Positions 48,110-58,508 of a stretch of DNA of 64,000 nt are shown here, in pieces. Location: NCBI GenBank assembly GCA_040218735.1, contig JAVJQW010000006.1, positions 32,001-96,000 of the forward strand, in the 5' to 3' direction. The translations under genes and the position numbers were made by a program. The notes beneath the pieces are model-generated. The model worked only from the letters and a program-made list of their open reading frames with translations, did no database searches and was not told the DNA's origin. The stretch is from Deltaproteobacteria bacterium (GTDB lineage Bacteria; Myxococcota; Kuafuiibacteriia; Kuafuiibacteriales; Kuafuiibacteriaceae). Position 1 is the stretch's first letter. Every line of letters starts with the position of its first letter.

Positions 48110-49276
48110 ATGACGATCCAGGGCGCACCGAGCATCACCATCCAGATCAACGGTCAGACCGCCACCATCCCGGTGACCAACGAGGACGTGGTCGAGCTCG
48201 TCGAGGATCTGCGTGATGGCCGCATCGACGACACGCCCCCGGGGACCGCGCCGTCGCTGGACAGCGCCGTCGCCGCGTACGAGCGCAACCGCGCCGCGGA
48301 CGCCCTCGCGCAGGCGCTGTTCTTCAGCCAGCTCGCTCCGCAGGGGGCGCCGGGCATGCCGCAGACGCCCGGCATGCCGCAGGTCCCGGGCGCGCCCGAG
48401 ATGCCGTACTACATGCCGCCGGCGCCGCCGATTAACTTCGATCCGTCGATGCTGCAGGACATGTACTTCGACCCGTCGTGGCTCGCGCCGATGGAGCAGC
48501 AGGGCGTCCCGGGCGCCGCCAGCGTGCCGCTGCCCCCGGGCCTCGAAGACCTGAACCTGGAAGACCTCGGGTTGGATCCGGCGTGGGTGCCGGCGCCGCC
48601 GACGGGTCCGACGACCACCAACGCAAACCCGTCGCCCATCACGCGCGGCGACGTTCAGGAGCACCTCGACGCGCTGACCTTCGGGCTCAACGCGGTCCAG
48701 GGCGACAACGAGAACGACTTCGACTTCGGTGTGAACTGGGGCCCGTTCACGGACGACAAGGAGCGGTTTGACAACCTCGTCGCCGACCTCCGCGGCAACC
48801 CCACGATGGACAACTACGAGGCCGTGATGGACTTCGTACGCGAGCACCCCGACACGTTCAGCGACCAGTCGATGCGCATGCTGGGTGAGCTCCAGGGCGT
48901 CGTGCAGTTCCTCGAAGCGAACCGCGGCGCGGTGGTCGACGAGGACATCAACGTCACGGACGGCATCAACCGCTCCGAGCACGCGCTCGCCGAGGAAGAG
49001 GTGCGCGACACGGTGCGCTTCCTCCGCGACGACGACAACCACTCGCTCTCCGACGCCGGCAATTGGGGGCCGTTCACCTCGGACAAGGAGTCCTGGGACA
49101 ACCACCTCAAGGACATGCAGAACGCGATCGACGACGGCAACCTCGACGAGGCGATGGAGCACTACAACTGGCTCCGCGAGCGCGCCGAGGGGAGCGACAA
49201 CATCCCCTCGGCGACGCGCGACCGCATCGTCGCGCTCGAGCAGTACATCCCGATCGCCGCTGCGGCGGCCGAGTAG
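48110..49276 (+). CDS. Acidic hypothetical protein with Pro-rich linker and internal duplication
   Basis: NWGPFT.DKE occurs twice; GC3-rich codon usage. Confidence 0.7.
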   Translation: MTIQGAPSITIQINGQTATIPVTNEDVVELVEDLRDGRIDDTPPGTAPSLDSAVAAYERNRAADALAQALFFSQLAPQGAPGMPQTPGMPQVPGAPEMPYYMPPAPPINFDPSMLQDMYFDPSWLAPMEQQGVPGAASVPLPPGLEDLNLEDLGLDPAWVPAPPTGPTTTNANPSPITRGDVQEHLDALTFGLNAVQGDNENDFDFGVNWGPFTDDKERFDNLVADLRGNPTMDNYEAVMDFVREHPDTFSDQSMRMLGELQGVVQFLEANRGAVVDEDINVTDGINRSEHALAEEEVRDTVRFLRDDDNHSLSDAGNWGPFTSDKESWDNHLKDMQNAIDDGNLDEAMEHYNWLRERAEGSDNIPSATRDRIVALEQYIPIAAAAAE

Positions 49277-50374
49277 TCAAATCCACCGGCGACGCCGGAA
49301 GAACCACAGCAGGCTCGTGGCGATCGTGATGCACACGCCCCAGAACGTCGGGTAGGCGTAGGGCGACTTCAGCTCCGGGAGGTACTCGAAGTTCATCCCG
49401 TAGACCCCCGCGATGAACGTGATCGGGATGAAGAGCGTCGCGATGACGGTGAGCACCTTCATCACCTCGTTCATCTTGTTCGAGACCATCGACATGTAGA
49501 GGTCCACCAGCGACGCCGCCGTCTCGCGGAGGTGGTCGACGATGTCGAGGAGCTGGAGGGCGTGGGTGTGCACGTCGCGGAGGAAGGGTGCGGTAGCTTC
49601 GTCGAACGACTCGCTGCGTTCGAGGGCGTCGACCAGCTCGCGCATGGGCCAGACGATGCGGCGCAGGGAGGTGAGGTCCTTCTTCTTGGCGAGGATCTGC
49701 TGCAGCAGCTCCGGCCTCGGGTCGCGCATGATGTCGTCTTCGAGCTCGTCGAGCTGCATGGTGTAGCGATCGAGCAGCGGGAAGCAGTGGTCCACGATCG
49801 CGTCCATGATCGCGTAGACCAAGAACCCCGTGCCCCGGTTTCGAAGGCGTGAGCCGGTCGTTCGGATGCGGGTTCGAATCGGGTCGAAGACGTCGCCGAC
49901 GTACTCCTGGAACGTGATGACCAGGTCCTCGAACATGAACATGCTCACCTGCTCGGAGATCACGCCGCGTTCGTCGAACACTCCGACCATGCGCGCGGTG
50001 ATGAAGAGGTGCCCGTCGTACACTTCCATGCGGGGCCGCTGCGGGACGTGCAGGACGTCCTCCGCCGCGAGGGTGTGGATGTTCATCCGCTGGCGAACGT
50101 TGCGAATGACGTTGGGGTTGAGGCCGTCGATGTTGAGCCAGCGAACGCGCGCCCCTTCGGGGCGCGGCTCTTCGAAGAGCGCGTCGACGGTTTCGAACTC
50201 GCGTTCCATGACGACGTCCGGACCGTAGTCGAAGCAGCGGATCCGAACCTCGACCGCGTTGAGCGAGTCGTCCGAGGCGAAGGCGTGGTCGATCCCGGCG
50301 GCGGTCCCGGGTTTGGTCAGGCGACGGGGCGCGAGACCCAGGACCGAAGTAACCTTGCGAAGCGTGCCTTTCAT
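49277..50374 (-). CDS. corA: Magnesium/cobalt transporter
   Basis: MNEVMKVLT..FIPITFIAGVYGMNF (GMN motif). Confidence 0.95.
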   Translation of the reverse strand: MKGTLRKVTSVLGLAPRRLTKPGTAAGIDHAFASDDSLNAVEVRIRCFDYGPDVVMEREFETVDALFEEPRPEGARVRWLNIDGLNPNVIRNVRQRMNIHTLAAEDVLHVPQRPRMEVYDGHLFITARMVGVFDERGVISEQVSMFMFEDLVITFQEYVGDVFDPIRTRIRTTGSRLRNRGTGFLVYAIMDAIVDHCFPLLDRYTMQLDELEDDIMRDPRPELLQQILAKKKDLTSLRRIVWPMRELVDALERSESFDEATAPFLRDVHTHALQLLDIVDHLRETAASLVDLYMSMVSNKMNEVMKVLTVIATLFIPITFIAGVYGMNFEYLPELKSPYAYPTFWGVCITIATSLLWFFRRRRWI

Positions 50375-50420
50375 CGAGGCGGAGCCTATCAGCAGACGGG
50401 CTCCACCCCGATGCCGTTCG

Positions 50421-53400
50421 TTACGGGGTCAGGCAGGTGTTGGTGTCCGTCGCGCAGTACTGGTTCGACGCGCAGGCGGAGCAGGCGCTGTTCGGGCGGC
50501 ACAGACCGAAGGCGACGCCCTGGTCGACCTCGCAGCCCCCGGACGCGCAGTCGGCGTTCACCGAGCACGTCGCCTCGCACTGCCCGTTCGTCGAGCAGAC
50601 CTCCCCGGTACCGCAGGCGCCGCAGTTGCTGTTCGCGACCGCGCGGCACTCACCGTAGACCTGGCCCCAGTCCAGCGTGCAGTTGCCGGCGCAGTCCGCG
50701 CTGTCGACACACGCCGAGCTGCACGTCTGGGTCTGCCAACTACAGATCCCGCCGGTGCACTCCGACGGCTGGCTGCACTGGATACCGTTCGGCCGTGAAT
50801 CGGTCGGCGCGATGCAGACGAAGTCCGTCCCGTTGAAGTTGGAGCGCGTGCAGCGCGTCCCCGAGGGGCACTGCGACGCCGTCGGATCGCAGTACGTCGT
50901 CTCGCAGACGCCGGAGGCGGTGCACATCGTGTCCTGGTCGCACTTCTCGTGGTCGCCGGCGCAGTCGATGCACTCGGGCGACGACTGGTCCGCGCAGACG
51001 CAGAGTCGCTCGTTGCCGAAGTCCTGACAGAGGTAGTCGTCGCCGTCGCCCTGGTTGGTGTTGCAGTCGGAGAAGTTCAGGCAGCTCACGCCGACGACGC
51101 CGCACTGGCCCGACCAAGAGTCGAGGCAGGCGAGGTGCGCGGGGCACGCGCACTCGTTCCGCTCCGGCGGGATCTGACAGCTCGCGTAACCTTGCCAGCT
51201 CTCGAACTGACACTGCTCACCCGCGGCGCAATCCGAGTTGCTCTGGCAGGTCGGGATGCAGAGGTTGTTGCTCGAGCACACCTCGTTGGCTCCGGGGCAC
51301 GTGTTGTTCACGCACGGCTCGTAAGGCGTGCAGTCGCTGATCGACTGGTTGCACGACTCGTTCGCGGCGCAACCTGCGTTGCAGGGCGTCGCGCTCGCGT
51401 CGGCGCAGAACTTCGGCGGCGGTCCGCTCGGCGAGCCCCAGTCCATCAGGCAGACCTGGCCTGCGCCACAGTCGGCCGTGGAGTTACACGACGGCTGGCA
51501 CTGGTTCATGTTCTGGTTGCACACGAACCCCGACGGGCACGCGCCGTTGTTCCCACAGGGCGCGAACGTGCTGCACTGACCGTTGTCGAGGCAGCTCTCG
51601 CCGGCCGCGCACTGCGGGCACTGCGACATCGCCGTGTCGACGCACATCTGCACCTGAGCGCCCGGGCCGGGGCTGCCCGGCGGCGGGTTCGTCCAGCCGT
51701 AGGCGCAGTTCTCGCCCGCGCCACACTCGCTCGTCGAGCTACACTCGGGGCGGCACGTGAAGTCCTGCTGCGCGCATTCGAAGCCCGCGCCGCACTGACC
51801 GTTCGAGTCACATGGCAGGTACTTGCTGCAGCGGTTCTCCCACGGGAAACACACCTCGTCCGGCGCACACCCGCCGCACGCGTTTGCGTCGCAGAAGGGG
51901 GCGCTGTTGGGCATCGTCGAGTCGCCGACGGCGCAGGTCCCGGACGAGCAGTCCGCGGTCGTCGTGCACCCTTCGACGCAGACCTGGTTCATGCACAGCA
52001 GGCTCGAGCAGTCGTCGTGGATCTTGCACGAGGTGCCGAGCGCGTGGGTGCCGGGCATCAGGCAGATCGCCTCGGTCGGGTACACCGGTCCGAAGTACTC
52101 ACCCGGCGGGCGGTCGCTGCCGAGCCAGTCGGCGCAGATCTGCGTGCCCCCGCATTGGCCGCCCGCACAGAAGTCCCAAGTGCACGCGCCCTGGTCGCAG
52201 GACGTCCCGTTGATGCAGTCCGCGTCGCTCGCACACGTGGTGCAGCTGCTCTGGTCGACGCAGGTACACACCGAGCCGCTCGGCGCCCACTCGTCGCAGA
52301 CCTCGCCCGCGTTGCAACCGGTGCCGGTGAAGCAGCCGTTCGCCGGCGCGCGCACGCAGCGATCGCGATAGACGTAGTACGAGCCGGTGCAGCTCGGCTC
52401 CTGCGCGCGGCGCTGCCGGCAGCTCTTGTCCTCGCTCCACTCGTCGAGCATCGCGCAGACCAGGCCGGCGGGGCAGTCGCTGCTCACGCCGCAGGGCGCG
52501 ATGCAGACGTAGCGGTTCGTGTCGCACTGCAGGCCGTTCGCGCAGTTCTGGTTGTCGTGGGAGCACGGCGGGTTCGTCGCGCCGTAACACTGGCCGTCCT
52601 GCTGGTGGCAGTACTCGGTCGGTCCGCACTGGCACGCCTCGTTCGGGAAGTGGTCCGGCAGCTCGGTGCGGCACGTGCGCTCGCCGTCCCAGTCGGACAC
52701 GCAGAACTCACCGGCGCCGCAGTCCGCGGCCGTCTGGCAGGACGGCGCGCAGGTGTGGGTCTCGTTCGAGCAGACGTCGTTGCCGGGGCAGGGCGTCGCC
52801 TCGTTGCAGAACGCGCCGGACTTGCAGGTCTGCGAGTCGAGGGCGCACCACTCGTCGTCGCCGCAGGGGCAGCCGTTCTCCTCGAATGCGCTGGTGCAGT
52901 GGAGGCTCGCGTTGTGGTTCCACGGGAAGACAGCGCAGACGTCGTCGCCGGAGCAGTCGGAGGTGGTTGCGCAACCTGGCTTGCAGTAGGCGCCCGGCGG
53001 GGGGCCGTCTTCGCCGTTGGCGCCGGAGGCGTCGTGGTACTCGACGCAGACCTCGCCCGATTCACAACCCGTGTTGCCGTCTTCGCGCCACGGTTCACAC
53101 GGGACCTCCGAAGTGCAGACGCCCTGGTATTCGATGCCGATCTCGTCGTCGTTGCAGTCGAGCTCGGTGTACGGATCGCAGAACCCACCTTGCGACGGGT
53201 CGCCGACGACGCACGTCACCGTGCCGCCGGACTGTCGACAATCCGCGCTGGTGCGGCAGGACGCTTCACACGTGCCGGAGTTGTAGTTGCAGCGCAGCTC
53301 GCTGCCGCACTGCTCCTCGAAGAAACACGACTCACCTTCGCCGCGCTCGCAGAAGCCGACGCCCGCCGGCATCTCCGGGAGGCCCGTGATGCACTGGCGC

Positions 53401-55586
53401 GGGCCGTTGTCGCCGTCCGGGCACGACGCGTCGTGCATGCCGCCGCAGAACTGGCCGTCGGAGGGGACACACGCGGGGCCTTCCACGAGGCCGGGGTGCT
53501 CGCTGTGCTCCTCACAGCCGAACTCGTTGCAGCACTCCCATCCGCCGTCCTCCAGCGGGTGGCAGCAGACCTCGCGGCCGTCGTCACCGACGAAGCAGTC
53601 GTGGCCTTCGGGGCGTTTGTCGCCGAGGTCTTCGACGCAGATGAAGCCCTCCGCGCACTGCTCCGACTGGCTGCAGCTCCGGCGCGGGACACACAGCTTC
53701 ACGACGTCTTCGCCGACACACTGGTAGCCGGTGTCGCAGGCGACGTCCGAGAGGCCGCCGCAGAACGACTTGCCGTCGGGCGGCTGCGGTTGGCAGTGCC
53801 CCTCCGAGTTCACGAAGTCGTTCTCGGGGACACACACACCGTCTTCGGGGCAGGGCGCGGTCGCGCTGCACGTGGGGTGCAGGCTCTCGTAGTGCATCAG
53901 GCCGAGCGACGCGTGGTCGATCGAATCGGACGGCTGGATGCCGGCGTCGTAGAGGACCCAGTAGATCCGGCCGTCGGCGGTCGCCGCGACGACCGTTCCC
54001 TTGCCGGGCGCGGGTGCGAGCAGGCGCGTGGCTTCCGTGCCGAGGCGCATCGAGAAGGACAACAGCTCGCCGCCAGCGGCGACGTTCACGAAGCCCATCC
54101 CGGCGTTCTCCTCGTGGGAGCCGTAAACGAAGTACGTGCTCGCGGACGCGTCGACCGCGACGTTCGGGTTCGTGTGCGCGGAGAGCGCGGAGAGGTCGAC
54201 GTCGCGCTTCGTGTTCATTGCGATGGGCGAGAAGTTGCCGCTCGCGTCGCGCGCGAAGATCGAGTCGGCGAGGATCACGCGCGTGGGTCGCACGTCGATC
54301 GGACCGGCCGAGAGGGACTCGCTCACGCCGAAGAGATCCTGTGCGGACTGCATCGACACCACGGGGTTGGTCGCACAGGTGTCGAGCGAGAGGACCGCCG
54401 ACACGAGGTCGTTGTTGCTGGAGAGGAGCCCCGTCGAGAGGACGAAGTGGCCGGCGGTGACGTCGTCGACGCCGTTGAACACCTCTTCGACGGTGGGCGC
54501 GACGTTGTCGCCCTTGAGGTCGAACTCGGTGACGATGCGCAGCTCGTCGTCGACGATGCGGATCATGTAGTCGTTGTCGTGCGGGTACGTGAACACGTAG
54601 CGGTTGCACGTCTCGTGTTTGCCTTGGAAGCGGCCGCCCTCGGCGATGACCCGGCGGACCTCGCCGGTCTCGTCGTCGACGAACGCGGCCCAGTTGCCGA
54701 TCTGCACCACGAGCACGTCGTTGGCGAAGTCGTGGAAGACGGAGTAGTCGCCGCCGAAGCCGCCGGCCTCGCCGACCTCGGAGAACTGGCCTTCCTTGTT
54801 GCGCTCGTCATCGACGCCGTTGGCGAAGCCGTCACAGAACTGCTGCGGAACGGTGAAGCGCGGCGGGTTGGTGAGCTCCTGTCGGACGAAGCAGTCCTGA
54901 GCGGTGCAGTCGACCACGGCGCCCGACGCGAGGCCGGAGAGGTCGTACAGGCGGAGCTCCTCGGAGGTGACGACCAGCGCCTTGTTGCCACCGTGGGTCA
55001 CGGAGACGAGGGCGGCGCGGTTGGTGAACGCGTTTTCGTCGTAGATCAGCGCGGCGAACGAGGGATCGTCGACGTCGCCGACGACGAGGCCGATGTTCGA
55101 GCCGACGACGAAGCGACCCGAGGTGGCGTCGATGTCCAGCTTGCTGCCGCACGCGTCGACCTTCGCCTGCTCGTGCAGCGCGAACATCGAGATGCGCGGG
55201 AGGAAGAACGTGGCGGTGGCGTTCGCCGACACTTCGATCTCGGTCCGTGTCTCGTACGCGACGGCGGCGAGCGGGTCCTGTTGGATCCCGACCGTGTAGT
55301 GGCCTTCGGGCAGCGCGACCGAAACCGTCCCGTCCGGGTTGGGTGTCGCGGTCGCGACGTCACCGTTGTCGTTGGTGAAGGCGATCGTGAGCTGGTCGAC
55401 GGTCAGCCCTCGGCTCGTGCGGGCGGTGAGCCCTTGCCCGCCGCCCTCCGGGGGGGCGCCGAGGCGGCCTTCGACCGCGCCCATCCCCTCGGGTAGCTCT
55501 TCACTCGATCCTTTGGTCTTGTCGCCACACGCGGCGAAGGTGAGCGCCGCGACGGCGCAACATACGTATCCAACAACTCGATCCAC
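50421..55586 (-). CDS. Giant Cys-rich repeat lipoprotein (about 1720 aa)
   Basis: Lipobox FAAC after GTG 55586; N-terminal beta-rich region, then dozens of C-x3-5-C-xxG-x-x-C modules. Confidence 0.8.
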   Translation of the reverse strand: MDRVVGYVCCAVAALTFAACGDKTKGSSEELPEGMGAVEGRLGAPPEGGGQGLTARTSRGLTVDQLTIAFTNDNGDVATATPNPDGTVSVALPEGHYTVGIQQDPLAAVAYETRTEIEVSANATATFFLPRISMFALHEQAKVDACGSKLDIDATSGRFVVGSNIGLVVGDVDDPSFAALIYDENAFTNRAALVSVTHGGNKALVVTSEELRLYDLSGLASGAVVDCTAQDCFVRQELTNPPRFTVPQQFCDGFANGVDDERNKEGQFSEVGEAGGFGGDYSVFHDFANDVLVVQIGNWAAFVDDETGEVRRVIAEGGRFQGKHETCNRYVFTYPHDNDYMIRIVDDELRIVTEFDLKGDNVAPTVEEVFNGVDDVTAGHFVLSTGLLSSNNDLVSAVLSLDTCATNPVVSMQSAQDLFGVSESLSAGPIDVRPTRVILADSIFARDASGNFSPIAMNTKRDVDLSALSAHTNPNVAVDASASTYFVYGSHEENAGMGFVNVAAGGELLSFSMRLGTEATRLLAPAPGKGTVVAATADGRIYWVLYDAGIQPSDSIDHASLGLMHYESLHPTCSATAPCPEDGVCVPENDFVNSEGHCQPQPPDGKSFCGGLSDVACDTGYQCVGEDVVKLCVPRRSCSQSEQCAEGFICVEDLGDKRPEGHDCFVGDDGREVCCHPLEDGGWECCNEFGCEEHSEHPGLVEGPACVPSDGQFCGGMHDASCPDGDNGPRQCITGLPEMPAGVGFCERGEGESCFFEEQCGSELRCNYNSGTCEASCRTSADCRQSGGTVTCVVGDPSQGGFCDPYTELDCNDDEIGIEYQGVCTSEVPCEPWREDGNTGCESGEVCVEYHDASGANGEDGPPPGAYCKPGCATTSDCSGDDVCAVFPWNHNASLHCTSAFEENGCPCGDDEWCALDSQTCKSGAFCNEATPCPGNDVCSNETHTCAPSCQTAADCGAGEFCVSDWDGERTCRTELPDHFPNEACQCGPTEYCHQQDGQCYGATNPPCSHDNQNCANGLQCDTNRYVCIAPCGVSSDCPAGLVCAMLDEWSEDKSCRQRRAQEPSCTGSYYVYRDRCVRAPANGCFTGTGCNAGEVCDEWAPSGSVCTCVDQSSCTTCASDADCINGTSCDQGACTWDFCAGGQCGGTQICADWLGSDRPPGEYFGPVYPTEAICLMPGTHALGTSCKIHDDCSSLLCMNQVCVEGCTTTADCSSGTCAVGDSTMPNSAPFCDANACGGCAPDEVCFPWENRCSKYLPCDSNGQCGAGFECAQQDFTCRPECSSTSECGAGENCAYGWTNPPPGSPGPGAQVQMCVDTAMSQCPQCAAGESCLDNGQCSTFAPCGNNGACPSGFVCNQNMNQCQPSCNSTADCGAGQVCLMDWGSPSGPPPKFCADASATPCNAGCAANESCNQSISDCTPYEPCVNNTCPGANEVCSSNNLCIPTCQSNSDCAAGEQCQFESWQGYASCQIPPERNECACPAHLACLDSWSGQCGVVGVSCLNFSDCNTNQGDGDDYLCQDFGNERLCVCADQSSPECIDCAGDHEKCDQDTMCTASGVCETTYCDPTASQCPSGTRCTRSNFNGTDFVCIAPTDSRPNGIQCSQPSECTGGICSWQTQTCSSACVDSADCAGNCTLDWGQVYGECRAVANSNCGACGTGEVCSTNGQCEATCSVNADCASGGCEVDQGVAFGLCRPNSACSACASNQYCATDTNTCLTP

Positions 55587-55736
55587 TGGGTCCCCCTGCG
55601 AGCGCAGCTGCGCTGGAAGACACGATCGGTCCTGAACCCGGACGATTGAGACGGAGTGGACTCGGGTGGTCTCGTGAGATGCATGTCTCGTCTTTAGCCA
55701 GTTGTGGGGATTCGTCGGCGAGCTAGACTCCGCGCG

Positions 55737-56804
55737 ATGCAGCTCGTCATCGCGAACAAGAACTACTCGTCCTGGTCGCTTCGGGCGTGGCTGCTCATGA
55801 AGCAGCTCGAGATCCCGTTCGAAGAGGTCTACCTCGGCTTCAACCTCCCCGACTGGAAGACGAAGGTACGCGGCTACGCCTCGGCGGGGTGTGTGCCCGT
55901 GCTGATCGACGGAGACGAGGCGGTGTGGGAGACGATCGCGATCGCCGAGTACCTCGCGGAACGCTTCGACGGCGTCTGGCCGTCGGATCCTGCCGCGCGC
56001 TCCGTGGCGCGCTCGATGGTCGCCGAGATGCACTCCGGCTTCTCGGCGCTCCGCACGCACATGCCGATGAACATCGCGGCGCGCTTCGAGGGCTTTGGCC
56101 TCAACACCGCCGTGCGCCGGGACATCGATCGTGTGCTCGCGCTGTGGCGCGCCGCGCGTGAGCGCTTCGGTGCCGACGGTCCGTTCCTGTTCGGCGCCTT
56201 CTGCGCCGCCGACGCGTTCTACGCGCCGGTCGTCTGGCGCTTCGTCACGCACGGCGTCGCGCTCCCGGACGACGCGTGCGCCTACGTCGAAGCCGTGCGC
56301 GCGCTGCCGTCGATGCAGTCCTGGGTGAAGGTCGCGCTCGCGGAAGACGACTTCGTCGCGATGGACGAGCCGTATCGCAGCGCGGCGGACGAGACACCGC
56401 GCCCGCCGGCGCCGCGCCTGTACCGGGTCATCGTTCCGGTCACGGACCTCGAGGTCGCCGTTCGGTTCTACCGGCACGTCCTCGGCATCGCGGGGACGCC
56501 GGTCTCCGATGGACGCCACTACTTCGACTGCGCCGGCGTGATCCTCGCGTGCCTCGATCCGGCGCGCGACGGCGATGCGCCGCTGTCGCCGCTCCCGGAG
56601 AACCTCTACCTCTCGGCGCGTGACCTCGAGCTCGTCCGCACGCGTGTCGCGTCGAGCGAAGGTCGCCTCGCGGACGGCGATGTCCACGGCGGTGCGGCGG
56701 GAGAGATCGTCCGCCGCCCGTGGGGGGAGCGCTCGTTCTACGCGTTCGATCCGTTCGGGAACCCGCTGTGTTTCGTCGCCGAGGACACCGAGTTCACCGG
56801 GTAG
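55737..56804 (+). CDS. Glutathione S-transferase fused to VOC/glyoxalase domain
   Basis: NKNYSSWSLRAW, VPVL, FCAADAFYAPV; then VTDLEVAVRFY..PWGERSFYAFDPFGN. Confidence 0.88.
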   Translation: MQLVIANKNYSSWSLRAWLLMKQLEIPFEEVYLGFNLPDWKTKVRGYASAGCVPVLIDGDEAVWETIAIAEYLAERFDGVWPSDPAARSVARSMVAEMHSGFSALRTHMPMNIAARFEGFGLNTAVRRDIDRVLALWRAARERFGADGPFLFGAFCAADAFYAPVVWRFVTHGVALPDDACAYVEAVRALPSMQSWVKVALAEDDFVAMDEPYRSAADETPRPPAPRLYRVIVPVTDLEVAVRFYRHVLGIAGTPVSDGRHYFDCAGVILACLDPARDGDAPLSPLPENLYLSARDLELVRTRVASSEGRLADGDVHGGAAGEIVRRPWGERSFYAFDPFGNPLCFVAEDTEFTG

Positions 56805-57392
56805 TCAGCGCCTAAAACCACCCGGCTCTTCGTCCGGCTTCGGCTCCGGCTTCTTCGGCGGTGCGGCCTTCGGCTTCGGCGCGTTGCGCCGCGGGCGCAC
56901 GTAGTCGCGGCACGCCGTCGGGTACTGGTCGTTGTACGCGTTGGCGGCGTCGATCGAGCGTGCGACGGCGATCGGTTTGGGCAGGTCGTCGAAGTACCCG
57001 ACGATGATCCCCACGGGGACGAGCACCCCGGCGCCGGCGATCAATCCGCGGTCGTCCTGCACCAGCCCCGCGACCGCCAAGCCGATGCCCGCGATCGTCG
57101 CCACGAAGCCGGTGTAGCGGATCGCGGTCGACAGGATGAGCATGTTGTCCGCGCCCTCGGCGTACTCGACCGCTTCGGGGACACACTCGACGATGTCGAT
57201 GAGGTCATCGACGTCGTTCCGCACGTCGATCACGTTGCGCCCGTACACGAGGATGGGGCCCACCTCGTGCTGCTCGACGACGAGCTCCTCCGCCGGGTTC
57301 CAGCGCCGCTGGTACGGCTGCTGCGGCGTGGCACACGCGGACACCGCGAGCACCGCGAGTGCTGCGAGGAGCGCGAGCCTCAGCGTCCCCAT
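56805..57392 (-). CDS. Lipoprotein/membrane protein, hypothetical
   Basis: Lipobox VSAC, two TM helices, AANAYN. Confidence 0.7.
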   Translation of the reverse strand: MGTLRLALLAALAVLAVSACATPQQPYQRRWNPAEELVVEQHEVGPILVYGRNVIDVRNDVDDLIDIVECVPEAVEYAEGADNMLILSTAIRYTGFVATIAGIGLAVAGLVQDDRGLIAGAGVLVPVGIIVGYFDDLPKPIAVARSIDAANAYNDQYPTACRDYVRPRRNAPKPKAAPPKKPEPKPDEEPGGFRR

Positions 57393-57820
57393 TGTTTCAC
57401 GCACTCCACGACGTCGTTGTAGCGGTTCACGACGTTGAGCAACGACACCGCCGGGTCCGAGCTGTCTTCGCCCGAGATCACGATGAACGTCTCGCCTGGT
57501 TTGTTCGGCGCGCCCTGCACGGTGCGCACGCGGTACACGCCGGCGTCGAAGTGCGAGACGAACCCGCCGAACGAGCGCACGTCGGTCGGCGCCTCCGTGA
57601 GCTCGGCGCCGTGTTTGGCGAGCTGCACGGTGTAGGCGTCGCACTTGAACGGGGGGTCGAGGGAGATCGCCTTCACCTCGGGCGCGATCAGCGAGACGTA
57701 CGCGCCGCTGTTGTCGCGGATCGCGGCGGCGTGGTTCGGACGTTCGCTCGGTGCGTAGGAGGTGGTGACGCACCCCAGCAGCGCGGCGGCAGCGCAGGCG
57801 ATCGCGACGGTCCGCGGCAC
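57380..57820 (-). CDS. Lipoprotein, hypothetical
   Basis: Lipobox LLGC; overlaps the downstream gene start. Confidence 0.7.
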   Translation of the reverse strand: MPRTVAIACAAAALLGCVTTSYAPSERPNHAAAIRDNSGAYVSLIAPEVKAISLDPPFKCDAYTVQLAKHGAELTEAPTDVRSFGGFVSHFDAGVYRVRTVQGAPNKPGETFIVISGEDSSDPAVSLLNVVNRYNDVVECVKQWGR

Positions 57821-57881
57821 GCGGCGAGCCTAGCACGTCGGTCGCCATGCCGGTCCGCCGTGTCGGCCGACACACTTCGCT

Positions 57882-58508
57882 TCAGTGGATTCGCTGCGGG
57901 AAGTTGCGCGCCCAGATCTCGGTGAGCGCAGGTCGCGCGCCGACCGCTCGCGCGAGCCGCTCGACCTTCGGTGCGTCCGCGGTCGGCAGGTCCCAGCGAC
58001 TGAGTACCGCGAGGTAGATGTCCGTGGCGCAGAAAGTCTCGCCGAGGAGGTAGGGCCCGTCGCCGAGCGCGCCTTCGACCGTCTTCCACCGCTCGTTCCA
58101 GATGGACTGCGCGCGCGCCTTCACCGGTGCGGGGTCGGCGCCCTCGGGAGCGAAGCGCTCGGGGTAGTCGATGATCTCCACGATCGGATAGAGCTCGGCC
58201 GCACCGAAGAGGAGCCACCGCAACGCACGCGCGCGCTCCGGGCTCTTGGCGGGCGGGAGCACGCCGCCGTCGGGGTGGCGCTCCGCGAGTGTGATGACGA
58301 TGGCGGCCGACTCGGTGATTGTCTCGCCCTCGGGCGTCACCAGCGTCGGCACCTTCATGTGCGGGTTGACGCTCGCGTACGGCGCTTCGCGCTGCGCGTG
58401 GTTCTTCATGTCGAGGCGCTCGTAGTCGTAGGTGATGCCGAGCTCCGCGAGGACGGACTCGACGATCGACGCGCCGCTCCCGTGGGCTCCGTACAGTCGA
58501 TAGCTCAC
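57882..58508 (-). CDS. Glutathione S-transferase family protein
   Basis: VNPHMKVPTL, ITESAAI, YLLGETFCATDIY. Confidence 0.9.
   Translation of the reverse strand: MSYRLYGAHGSGASIVESVLAELGITYDYERLDMKNHAQREAPYASVNPHMKVPTLVTPEGETITESAAIVITLAERHPDGGVLPPAKSPERARALRWLLFGAAELYPIVEIIDYPERFAPEGADPAPVKARAQSIWNERWKTVEGALGDGPYLLGETFCATDIYLAVLSRWDLPTADAPKVERLARAVGARPALTEIWARNFPQRIH

Noticed and set aside
55587-56687. N-terminal extension of the Cys-rich giant ORF (2088 aa)
   Set aside because: It is antisense to the GST-VOC gene, and the signal peptide starts at 55586.
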